DNA of 64,000 bases from Macrostomum lignano (taxonomy: Eukaryota), in NCBI GenBank assembly GCA_002269645.1, contig NIVC01002856.1, positions 71,013-135,012 of the forward strand, in the 5' to 3' direction. Below are positions 22,795 to 34,711 of the stretch, piece after piece. The notes under the pieces are model-generated. The model saw only the letters and a program-made list of their open reading frames with translations, was not told the origin of the DNA and ran no database searches. Positions within the stretch are counted from its first letter, which is position 1. Each line of letters begins with the position of its first letter. The translations under genes were made by a program, and so were the position numbers.

Positions 22795-23890
22795 GTACTC
22801 TCAAGTACTCACTAGTACTCACTAGTACTCACTAGTGGTCACTAGTACTCCCAAGTACTCACTAGTACTCACTAGTACTCACTAGTGGTCACTAGTACTC
22901 CCAAGTACTCACTAGTACTCACTAGTACTCACTAGTGGTCACTAGTACTCCCAAGTACTCACTAGTACTCACTAGTACTCACTAGTGGTCACTAGTACTC
23001 CCAAGTACTCACTAGTACCCACAAGTACTCAGGAGTACTCACTAGTACTCACTAGTACTCACTAGTACTCACTAGTAGTCACTAGTACTCACTAGTACTC
23101 CCAAGTACTCACTAGTACTCACTAGTGCTCACTAGTACTCCCAAGTACTGACTAGTACCCACTAGTACTCAGGAGTACTCACTAGTACTCACTAGTACTC
23201 ACTAGTGCTCACTAGTACTCACTAGTACTCACTAGTACTCCCAAGTACTCACTAGTACTCACTAGTGCTCACTAGTACTCCCAAGTACTGACTAGTACCC
23301 ACTAGTACTCAGGAGTACTCACTAGTACTCACTAGTACTCACTAGTGCTCACTAGTACTCACTAGTACTCCCAAGTACTCACTAGTACTTACTAGTGCTC
23401 ACTAGTACTCCCAAGTACTGACTAGTACCCACTAGTACTCAGTTGTACTCACTAGTACTCCCTAGTACTCACTAGTAGTCACTAGTGCTCACTAGTACTC
23501 CCAAGTACTCACTAGTACCCACTAGTACTCACTAGTACTCCCAAGTACTCACTAGTACTCAATAGTGCTCAGGAGTACTCCCAAGTACTCACTAGTACTC
23601 ATTAGTGCTCAATAGTACTGACTAGTACTGACTAGTACTGACTAGTACCCACTAGTACTCAGTAGTACTCACTAGTACTCAGTAGTACTCACTAGTACTC
23701 AGTAGTACTCACTAGTACTCACTAGTAATCATTAGTGCTCACTAGTACTCCCAAGTACTCACTAGTACCCACTAGTACTCAGTAGTACTCACTAGTACTC
23801 AGTAGTACTCACTAGTACCCACTAGTACTCCCTAGTGCTCAGTAGTACTCACTAGTACTCACTAGTAATCACTAGTGCTCACTAGTGCTC
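22795..23890. repeat. 10-bp minisatellite (ACTAGTACTC and variants), ~110 copies
   Basis: Direct inspection; built from overlapping palindromes ACTAGT and AGTACT. Confidence 0.97.
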
Positions 23891-25684
23891 CCTAGGCCGT
23901 ATTAATGACTCAGGTCGCAGGACTCAGCAATTGAAATCTGTTCTCCCAGATTTGACAGCCATTGAAGACAATGCTCACTATTTTAATCCCTGTCGAGCCG
24001 CTGAGTCTGGCTAAGCTCAAGCATAAAATCTAGACACAATAGCACAAAACACCAGCACGGGTTTTCGCATGCTTGACAATTATTCGTTCCAAAAATAGTC
24101 AAACATTAGACAGTCTCATCCAGGGTATCCAGGCTGACTTGCTCGCAGATGCAGCTCTCACAATTCCACGCTTGACTGCGCCCAATCTTACCAAATTGAA
24201 TTACCTGCAGTCCCTTCCACTACCCGGACGAAATGAAACAATCGTATATACACTGTACGAGCGTACCTGGATTTTGGGAAGGAAAGCTGTACACGTATAA
24301 AAAATGTCTTTTTTGACCTCAGCCCATGCATGGGGGGGGGGTAAATTAAATGCAAACGCTGGGTGATGACACGGGGCGACAACCGACAGTCCTCAGAAAG
24401 CAGATGCAGCAACAGCAACAGAGAGCGCGCACACACACACCTGTCTCATACCTGTTCAACAGGAATCCAATTCTATGCAGTCCTGTGGCTCCAGCCCGTC
24501 AGTCAGCCACACGGGAGCCGCACCGCTTCCCGGCCCTAAATTCTTCAATCAAGCGAGCCCCCGGAGTAAATTAGGCAGCTCAAGCCGGGCGCGGGAGGCG
24601 GCCAGCCATGCGCACTAAAGAGAATGGGGCAGAGGAGCGGCAAGGAAAGGTGTATTAAAATGATTAATTGAGTGAAAAACTGGACCGGCCCTCGAACTGT
24701 GTCGCGTGACTGACTGCAATACGAACTCGGGCAATGATGAAGCGACCCGGAGCGCTGTGAGTCGGTTGGGGGGGGGATGAGAAATGAAATTGAAAGCGGA
24801 GAGACCGGCGCTGGTGATTATTAAGTCTCGCTATTCGCTTTGAAGCAGTGTTGCCATGCGGAGCGCGAGTTCGCACCAGCTTAGCAGTGCCGGCAGGAAA
24901 CAAATTGACTGCTGCTGAGCATTCAGCCAGTCTAGATCGGGCATTATCTCACTATGCTCCAGTCGAACTCAGCGGATCCCAGCTGAATGACGCACGCTTT
25001 TGACAGAACTGGGAAAATTACGAGAGAGAGAGAGAGAGTTCGTGACCTGGGCCTGTCAGAACATTTCATAGCTGAGAAACTTGAAATGCGCTGTTGAATA
25101 CATTTCTAATGTTTTTAACGAATTTACTATTGTACTACTGATTTACTGAGTAGTTTAGGATATGAGCAGGCTTACTTTTTTAGTTGGTAAATACCTACAG
25201 AAAGCCGTCTTCGATCTGATGCTCTCTGATCATGAGTTTCTGACCATTTTGATTTTCTCATCCTCATTAATCTTGTACAGATCAACAGGAATTTAGAATC
25301 AAACGCGAAACACTGGCTCCTGCCATTAACAATACCTACAACTTTTAATTAAAGGGCATAATCTGCTTGCAAAGTACACTTGTTACTTGTTTACTTTAAC
25401 TGTTGAATTAAAAGTTTTGCATTTGAGCAGATAACTACTGATAATTACTTTAGTTGCTTTAAACTTGCCCAAATATTCTCTCTCGGCCACTCATTACAGG
25501 CCGGAATTCAGTGGTATTTTAATCTAAACCATACTTTCTAAGAAGTTTAAAATAAGCGCGTACACTAACTGGAACAGAATGTACATAGGCACAGGGGTGG
25601 ACAGAAAGGGGAGGGGCTGACTGTACGCTCAACTGGCCAATGTACGCACTAGGTCAAGTACGGGACTGAAGCGAGCGTTGCCTT

Positions 25685-25702
25685 GGAAAATCCGGGAATT
25701 CC
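25685..25702. promoter_or_regulatory. Two adjacent Rel/NF-kB-like motifs (GGAAAATCC, GGGAATTCC) ~240 bp upstream of the IRF-a ATG
   Basis: Sequence match to the kB consensus only; no functional evidence. Confidence 0.3.
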
Positions 25703-25942
25703 GAGGCCAAATTTTATAGCGAAAACTGAAGCTTTGGATCAAGTTAGAAAGGCTTTATTGGTATTATTACAGTCTGCCGCAAACAGAAGGAAATTCACCC
25801 GGCTTTGCCTCGGAATTTCGGGATCGGAGGGCCGGGGAAGGCTACTTTAAGAACGCATTGGAAGAATGGCATCTCCTCAGGTACCGAACCCCAGCTTCCC
25901 TGTCGCTAAGCGCTGAAGAGTCAGGCTTAAACTTCGCGGTCG

Positions 25943-27146
25943 ATGGACTCAGCAAAAACAACAGCAGCAACTGAGAAGTCCGGCTGCACCATCGACAGGT
26001 GGATTCAGCAGCACCTGCACATGGGCGACCTCGCCGACCTGCGCTGGGTCGACGAGTCGGAGGGCGTCTTCCGGATTGACTGGCCGCACATGTCGGCGGC
26101 GCACTGGGATTTGGCGCGCAGGGAGAATAATGTCTTCCTGGCGTACGCGCGGCACAGGGGTAAGTATGACGGAGGGCATGTTCTCGCTCTTCTCCAAAAT
26201 TTTAATAGGTCTTCTTTAGACACGTAGTAGAATCAAAGCCTCGCCCTTTAGAATCTCGCCCTGAGAACTTCGCCCTAAGAACCTCGACCTGAGAATGCAA
26301 GCATCGCCTTAAGATCTTCACCCTAAGAAAGAGTATCTCAGGAAAAGATAGCCCGTGATTACTCGTACCATTAGATACTTAATATCTCACATGATAATCT
26401 CGTTCTGGGAATCTCACTTTAAAAAAATTAATATTTGCGATTTGGTTTCACTCCTTTCGACCCCGAACACAACCCAAGCCACAAATGGATTAAGCACAAT
26501 ACTACAGACTAGTTCATTTGCAGGCAGGTTAAACAAAATAAACCCTATTTTACGAACTATGTCACTACCAATGATAGCATTTAGAAATTGAACTCAAAAT
26601 TGATAGTGAAATTCTGTGATAAAAAATCTAATCGCTAGATACTTGTCCACATCGTATAACTAATATTTAGTTTAAAAATTCTTAATTCTTGAACTTCTTT
26701 TAAAAAACCTAAGGCGAATCAACTACAGACTACACGGTGCTGAAGCAGAAACTCAGATGCGCCCTGACTGGCAACAAAAGCATTGACTACTTGCCTGCTC
26801 GCAGCTCCACTCGGGCAGTTCGGCCTGCCGAGTCTACCGCCTGCGAGCTCCCGTGCACTCGAGCGCTCCCGACTTGAGCACCGCACCCTCCTTCAGCGCC
26901 AGAGGAGACTCTTCAGGCAGAGACGACGTCGCGCTCAGCACCAGCGCCCTGGACCAGGCGTCTGCAACAGGCAATCCGGACGACCCGCAGTTGGACAGCA
27001 ACTGTCCGGAATCGTTGCTGAGCGGCCCCGAGTACAATGACATTGTGTCCAGCTGCAAGGACTGGCTGGAGCCGTTGCAGCAAACCGAACCTGTTGTGGC
27101 GAATGATCTCCTGTCCGACATTCTTGAGCAGAGAAACTCGAAATAA
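25943..27146 (+). CDS. IRF-family transcription factor (IRF-a); exons 25943-26159 and ~26714-27146; apparent 1-nt deletion at 26812-26815
   Basis: DNA-binding-domain pattern DRWIQQHLHMG..DLRWVDESEGVFRIDWPH...VFLAYARHRG, then LKQKLRCAL and, in the shifted frame, GSSACRVYRL. Donor G|GTAAGT is phase 1. Confidence 0.85.
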
Positions 27147-27433
27147 GAATCGGTGACGTCTGCATTCGCTTTTCCATAATTTTTTAGCCTACATAACTGG
27201 AAACTACCCCGGTATGAGAATTAGACTCGTTTTGACACTTGAAACATGTTATTTTTTCTTTGAATCTGCCATATTCTGTAATGAAATTGCTTTGTTTGAA
27301 AGCAAGTCAATTCTTTCAGCTAAATTTCAAGATATCAGGAGAGAAAATATTATTTTGACCGAAAACGTCAACATGTGGATGGTTTCACATTTTTCTTCTC
27401 TTCCGAACTTTAGGAAGGGCCAATTTGAAAACT

Positions 27434-29352
27434 ATGATGCTTTTTCCACACCATCTCCGATAAGATGCCTTTTCCACACCATCTCCGATAAGATGCTTTT
27501 TCCAAACCATCTCCGATAAGATGCCTTTTCCACACCATCTCCGATAAGATGCCTTTTCCACACCATCTCTGATAAGATGCCTTTTCCACACCATCTCCGA
27601 TAAGATGCCTTTTCCACACCATCTCCGATAAGATGCCTTTCTACACCATCTCCGATAAGATGCCTTTCTACACTATCTCCGATAAGATGCCTTTTCCACA
27701 CCATCTCCGATAAGATGCCTTTCTACACCATCTTCGATAAGATGCCTTTCTACACCATCTCCGATAAGATGCCTTTCTACACCATCTCCGATAAGATGCC
27801 TTTCTACACTATCTCCGATAAGATGCCTTTTCCACACCATCTCCGATAAGATGCCTTTTCCACACCATCTCTGATAAGATGCCTTTTCCACACCATCTCC
27901 GATAAGATGCCTTTCTACACTATCTCCGATAAGATGCCTTTTCCACACCATCTCCGATAAGATGCCTTTTCCACACCATCTCCGATAAGATGCCTTTCTA
28001 CACCATCTCCGATAAGATGCCTTTCTACACTATCTCTGATAAGATGCCTTTTCCGCACCATCTCTGATAAGATGCCTTTTCCACACCATCTCTGATAAGA
28101 AGCCTTTTCCACACCATCTCCGATAAGATGCCTTTCTACACTATCTCCGATAAGATGCCTTTTCCACACCATCTCCGATAAGATGCCTTTTCCACACCAT
28201 CTCCGATAAGATGCCTTTCTACACCATCTCCGATAAGATGCCTTTCTACACTATCTCCGATAAGATGCCTTTTCCGCACCATCTCTGATAAGATGCCTTT
28301 TCCACACCATCTCTGATAAGAAGCCTTTTCCACACCATCTCCGATAAGATGCCTTTCTACACTATCTCCGATAAGATGCCTTTTCCACACCATCTCCGAT
28401 AAGATGCCTTTTCCACACCATCGTTTTTCCACTTACGTTTTCGGAGATGGCTACACCATCTCCGATAAGATGCCTTTCTACACCATCTCCGATAAGATGC
28501 CTTTCTACACCATCTCCGATAAGATGCCTTTCTACACTATCTCCGATAAGATGCCTTTTCCACACCATCTCCGATAAGATGCCTTTTCCACACCATCTCT
28601 GATAAGATGCCTTTTCCACACCATCTCCGATAAGATGCCTTTCTACACTATCTCCGATAAGATGCCTTTTCCACACCATCTCCGATAAGATGCCTTTTCC
28701 ACACCATCTCCGATAAGATGCCTTTCTACACCATCTCCGATAAGATGCCTTTCTACACTATCTCCGATAAGATGCCTTTTCCGCACCATCTCTGATAAGA
28801 TGCCTTTTCCACACCATCTCTGATAAGAAGCCTTTTCCACACCATCTCCGATAAGATGCCTTTCTACACTATCTCCGATAAGATGCCTTTTCCACACCAT
28901 CTCCGATAAGATGCCTTTTCCACACCATCTCCGATAAGATGCCTTTCTACACCATCTCCGATAAGATGCCTTTCTACACTATCTCCGATAAGATGCCTTT
29001 TCCGCACCATCTCTGATAAGATGCCTTTTCCACACCATCTCTGATAAGAAGCCTTTTCCACACCATCTCCGATAAGATGCCTTTCTACACCATCTCCGAT
29101 AAGATGCCTTTCTACACTATCTCCGATAAGATGCCTTTTCCACACCAACTCTGATAAGATGCCTTTTCCACACCATCTCTGATAAGATGCCTTTCTACAC
29201 CATCTCCGATAAGATGCCTTTTCCACACCATCTCTGATAAGATGCCTTTTCCACACCATCTCTGATAAGATGCCTTTTCTACACCATCTCTGATAAGATG
29301 CCTTTTCTACACTATCTTCGATAAGATGCCTTTTCCACACCATCTCCGGTAA
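27434..29352. repeat. 27/28-bp minisatellite (CACACCATCTCCGATAAGATGCCTTT[T]C), ~69 copies, with a 221-bp higher-order unit
   Basis: The AAGAAGCC variant marker occurs at ~28101, 28322, 28829 and 29050 (spacings 221, 507, 221). Confidence 0.97.
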
Positions 29353-30599
29353 GATGATATTAGATATAATAATTTATAATATTTATGATATAATAAATAT
29401 TTTTCAAACGAATAACTACTACTTTAAACAAATATAATTTTGTAAAATTATTCCGCTTAAAATATACGATCGTATACTCAGTCACTTAGGTGGTATTTTC
29501 TTTCAGCGCAAAATGATCATGAGGCTTCTTTGTTGGAGTGAACTCTTTAGCCCTTTGAAGAGTGCGTGTGCACCAAAGATGAAGAAAAGGAAAGGATTGC
29601 CAAGGGCTATGTAATGTAGGGATATACCTACCTTCCTGCAGTCTTACTGGAACTAATTTTGTAGATGTGAACTTTAGGTGCCGCTTCTTGGGATTATCTG
29701 CGAAATGTCTTACACTGTTTGAGCTGAGTTGCAAAAACTACAGTTTGCATTAGTGGTATTTCCCTGAAAGTACTGGTGCCTGGAAAATCAGCCGTGACCG
29801 GAGAGAGCCATGATAGCAGCCGGGATGTCTCTTTGCGAAAGGCTTATTAGAAGCTTCCGGAGCTGATTAGAGGGTTGAGGGACAGCGCCTTTGGACTGCC
29901 TGCCGGTAGAAAATTTCGCCCAGATTGAGAGATGTTGGGTCTTGATCTACGGCCCAACGGAGGATCCAGTGGCGCCCTTTGATTACCACGCGCCCGGGCA
30001 CTCATTTAAGGGTGATTTAGTCTGTGAATCCCTGTTGAATTGTAAATAAAAAAGATGTACCGGCCAATGACGCTAGTGACGAGAAACTCCTGCGGCGCAG
30101 GAGCTGATGGCAAGGACTACGACTGTATCGGCTCTACTATGACGTTTTCTCGACATACGATTGAAAATGTCTTTCGGTCGTTAGACTCCGTGATTTTGTG
30201 CCGAATATGTATTTCTAATTTCGTGACATTCGAGTCTAAATTTAGCGTGATGATGATTATGAATTTCTTCAACCTGGAAATTCCAGAAGAGCAGAGGTGC
30301 ATTTTTTGTCTCGCCAGGTGTGCACAAGAGGAGGTGTATAAATTCAAAGCGACAGTTAATTCTGCAAATAGCTGTGGATAGCCTAAAAATAGCCCCATGA
30401 TGTCTTGGCAGCAATGCCAAAGTACGCACAAACGATAGAATATTTATATACTGTCTTCTCTTCTGTCCGTCTGTCTCATTTTACAAGGAAACGCCATGGA
30501 CTAACGGGGGATTTGCAAGCCTAGCTCAATATATTATAATTGATGTCTTCATTGCTCCCGGAGTCTCCTATTAGATTCAGCCTTAACTCGCACGCCGAT

Positions 30600-33137
30600 A
30601 TGCCAAAAGACCCGATCGACGCCTGGCTGCTGGACCGGCTGCACAGCGGCGATTTCGCCGATCTGCGATGGTTCAACCAGCAGGAGGGCCAGTTCCGAGT
30701 CGACTGGCCGCACGGCAAGTTGAAGGCCTTCAACAGCGAAGAGGCCGCCCGTCAGAGCATCTTTGCTGCCTGGGCTCGGTACAGAGGCGCTTGTGAGTCT
30801 GACTGGCCGTTTAGCGGGTTTAACTCGGGAATAATAATAAACAATAATAACTGATTACACCTGCCCTAATGGCCACATGTGCAACCGACAGCTCAGCCGC
30901 AGCTATTGCGCGGCACATCTGAAGGCTGCGTACGGCTGTTCAGTCCAAGGACTGGGGGGGGGGGTGGGTCGCCACACAGACCCTTAATTACCCCAGCTAA
31001 TGCTGGCACCCATTTAACAGCTGGGTGAACTGAAGCAATGCAGAGTTAAGTGTCTTGCTCAAGGACACAAATTGTTCCAGTGGGATCGGGAATCGAACCC
31101 CCGACCTTCAAGTCGCAAGTCCGACGCTCTGACCACTAGGCTACAACCCCCTAACACGGGAACAAGGACCACTAAAAGCTACCGTTTATCTGGACGTAAC
31201 ACTCGCGTTCGATGGAAAAATATTGGAAGGCTTGAAAATGCTTCTGTTGTTCCACTAATAAATTGTCAATACCCCCTTCAAGACTTTCAATATGCATAAA
31301 AACCTGATGTGTGTTTGACTAAATGGGTCGATCTACTATTTTTCTATAATTTTTTTTGCTAACACCTTTTAAGCGAAGTTGAGCCTCCTAATATGCTTCC
31401 ATAGAACGCGAAAGTCATGGCGGCAACGGTAACTTTGGGCGGTTCTTGAATTAGGGAACATCTTCCCATTGGTACTGAAATCGATTGGTGCTGAATTTGT
31501 TACACTAAACTCAAAAAGAATTTATATTAGTTATCTGTTCTTAGGCTCTTATCTCACCCCATGCCGACAGGCAGGTAGAAACAATCATCAGAGAATTTGC
31601 ATCCGCTTTTTTACTAGCAACAGTTTTACTAGCAATCAGGTTTAGTTTCCTAGGGTACTGAGTAAGGTGACAGTTCCCATAGCCAGAACTCACAGCAGGC
31701 TACAGCATCTCTGGCCTCATCGCCCAATCGTAATTTACAGGGTCAGTGTCTTGGGGGTCGGGTTTCAGTGGGATCAATCGAACGACACGAAAAGCCCCAT
31801 GTTAAGTTGCATACACGAACAAACCTTAAATCAATGAAATCTCGCGTGGAATCAAACCCTGAGCGATTCTTCGAGAGTGAACTCCTCGAAGATCGCAGAA
31901 GCCGCCATTGCGAGCTCCTCTTTTGCTGGCTAGGGGCGGGCACAGCCCAAAGGCCCGTCCTGGTTTCAGCCTGGGAAGTAGTAACTGTCTCGGGTTCTAT
32001 GCTTGGCATGAACTATTAACACCCAGCTGCTCTTTCTCATTGAATCAGCCTGTCCGTTACTTACTGACCTGGTTGATGGGAGCTCAAATCGTGCTGAAAG
32101 CCTTCCTTCCTAGAGATCTAACCTTCGTCGCCTGTGAAGAGCCTGGAATTAAAAAAATCTCAAATCTCTGAGGTCAAGTTGTGACGCACCCGTGGCATCT
32201 TCACCGATTTCTGTACTTTCGGAACTATAACAGTCTAAACAACACGAGAGCCCGTGAGGGAAATTCCAGTGCATAGAGTGACTTGAAATTTCAGCTGTTG
32301 CAAAAGTTTTATGACATCGCCTACTAACGAGTAGCGAGAAGAGAAAGCAAAGCGACGCCACTTTAACCGTGTCTACGGTCAAGTCCTCCAGCTCAGTGTG
32401 ACTAATGCAGGCTAACAATTATTAACGACTAAGAAACCGGTCGCTAAACTAATGCGAGTTTCGCATCTCACTTTTCGGCATTCATATTAAAGGTCACAGA
32501 GTGAATTTCTTTCACAGAGGATTTCAGAAAGAGTTTGCAGGAGGGCTGCGAGCACTCTGGCGCAGCGCCTTCAGCGACATCGTCCCACAACCAGCGCTGG
32601 CTCCTGAGCACATACAAGCGCGCCAATGCTGTACACAGGCCCGCACTCATACACGCTCACACAGGGTGTACAGGTCTAACTTAGAAAAAAGGTTGGCTCT
32701 CATGTCTGTGAATCTCACGACAACCCCTGGTCAATTTTCAAGCTCAAATAAATGCGGCCACCAGGGGTCGTGGTGCGAGAGTCAGATGCGTTTGCCATTG
32801 AGTTTCTCTGCCCTTAGCCTAATGTGATACAGTTTTTTAAGCACGACCATGTCCATAATAGTAAGCACTTTAATATTACAATCTGCAGCTCAATAAATGA
32901 ATAATATCTCAAACCTACTGCTCACCAAACTCAGGCGCCTCCGGTCACAAGCGAAGCTACTCGGTCCTGAAGCAGACTTTCCGCTGCGCGCTGAACGGCA
33001 ACCGGCGCGTCGAGTTTTGCCCGGCCGAGAGCGGCGCCGCCTTCCGTGTCTTCCGGTTCGTCGGCAACAGCAGATTCGACTCCGGCACGGGCCTGACCAT
33101 GGAGTTCGAAGACTTCCTCCGGGGATTGGTGGAGTGA
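30600..33137 (+). CDS. IRF-family transcription factor (IRF-b), essentially DNA-binding domain only, ~131 aa; exons 30600-30792 and 32935-33137
   Basis: IDAWLLDRLHSG..DLRWFNQQEGQFRVDWPH..IFAAWARYRG|..SYSVLKQTFRCALNGN..AFRVFRF. Phase-1 intron T|GTGAGT...CTCAG|GC. An upstream in-frame ATG exists at 30540. Confidence 0.88.
30828..31150 (-). mobile_element. tRNA-derived SINE with a CORE-like central domain and (TTA)n-type tail, in the IRF-b intron
   Basis: Minus strand reads: A box TAGCCTAGTGG, B box GGTTCGATTCCC, then TGTGTCCTTGAGCAAGACACTTAAC...CACCCAGCTGTTAAATGGG (resembles the MIR/CORE domain), ending TTATTATTGTTTATTATTATT. Confidence 0.8.
32490..32690 (-). mobile_element. Copy of dispersed repeat family A (inverted)
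   Basis: Reverse complement aligns by eye with 12790-12960. Confidence 0.75.
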
Positions 33138-33700
33138 TGACTCAGCCAAATGTGAATAAACTTCCGAGTGACCCCTGCCTATCGAATATTGCTGAAAAAT
33201 TGATAAAACTTGCATGCTCATGGTTGTGAAGATCATTGCAACTTGTTAGCATCAACCATCACTTGTTAGCAAGGGGATCAACAAGAATCTCATGAACACC
33301 AGAGCAAATGGCGACAACGATATCCATGAGAATCTCAGTTTTTAGATTTTGTTTCCGACCAGTCCTCTACCGGATAATGCCATAGCAAGTGCTAGGACTA
33401 GGACTAACAAGTACAAGTTGCTAAAGATTTTCAATTTACACGTTTTTATTACTTGCCATTGCCCCGTCTATAAATATAAGTTTAAGTTCAATTTACAGTT
33501 TGAACTGAATGAACTTCACCAAACTTTACTCCATACTCCAGACCAGGAGACATGTTTTGCATGGATTCTCTAGCACACTTCAAACTCATTGAACTACTCG
33601 TATTTCACATGGAAGTGTTTGTGAATTCTTCTATGTCTCAAATAAACAGCAAAGAGGTGCATTTCACCTCTTGTCGTTCGATGCTGCGAGAAAAGACTGT

Positions 33701-33815
33701 GGGCCCGTTCTATAAAGCCATCGTAAGATAAGATCGTTCTTAGCTCCTATCTCCGCCGTGTAAAAGTTCCGACGTACGATCGAACTTAAGCTACGACAGC
33801 TTTATACTACGACCC
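33701..33815. mobile_element. 115-bp MITE-like element with imperfect ~25-bp TIRs (GGG...CCC ends) and a candidate CTGT duplication
   Basis: GGGCCCGTTCTATAAAGCCATCGTA versus the reverse complement of the right end, GGGTCGTAGTATAAAGCTGTCGTA; CTGT at 33697-33700 and 33816-33819. Confidence 0.45.
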
Positions 33816-34711
33816 CTGTTTCTCTTCAAGGCTACTCCAATAGCGAGTGCATTAGCAGCTCAAAGGATCAATCAGTGGCCTCAAGGTGGGGATTAAATTC
33901 GAAGATGGGATCACCTGCGCACGGGATCCGGGTTGCATGAGCAGTTGCTTGTTCAGCCGTCTCCGCGGGAACAAGAAATTCTCAATGGATTCTGACCTCA
34001 ACAATTCTCTTTGGTTTGGGAAACTCTTCAAACAAACAGCAGAATTCATCATCTTCCCTTTTCTTCCCGCCCCATCCATTTGGTCTAATGAATCAGGCGG
34101 GATGTCGGTAATGTTTCAGGCCTGCTCAGACTCGGCTCCTGATCAAATTAATTCTGACACCATATCGACCTTTGAGCAACATTGAATCGAACTGCTTCTT
34201 GGCTTTTTCGTTTCATAAAGTTTTCTGTTGCAGAAACATCTCTACTGATCGTGACCCGAGACTAAGAGAGATCTTCGCGAATCTTTATTTTTTCGGATAT
34301 TCTCTACTGAGATCATTTCCGGAGGAAATCTCTGAGCGGAGACGATATTTCGTCTTCAACTTTACGACAAATTTAATGCCTTTTCAAGTTGGTAAAAGCT
34401 GCCAGAGTTTATGGCTGAGCTCTGCTCGGTAGCGCGCGGTGAAAAATGGAGTCAAAAGTCGAACTACGAGTAAATGAAAAGCTTCGCTTCGGCCAAGCTA
34501 AAATTAAAGGGAGCGGGGGAAACTTCAATAAAAATTTTAACCGCGTGTGTATCTCGGGGGGGGGGGTTCGTCACGCTGACGATTCAATGAATTCAGATTT
34601 CGTTGGCGCCTCAGAAGAATGCTTTGCATCGAACTGGTTTTTATTGAGGATAAAAAACTGGATAATGAGGTCATTTAAAGCATTCGATCTTCTCAAAGGA
34701 ATCGCAACAGT

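Noticed and set aside
27385-29343. Series of MVWKRHLIGDGVE ORFs; CRISPR-like appearance of the array
   Set aside because: Head-to-tail 27/28-bp monomers without unique spacers, in eukaryotic context with no cas genes.
31080-31150. tRNA gene on the minus strand
   Set aside because: A and B boxes are present, but the anticodon and acceptor stems pair poorly and the sequence continues into a SINE body.
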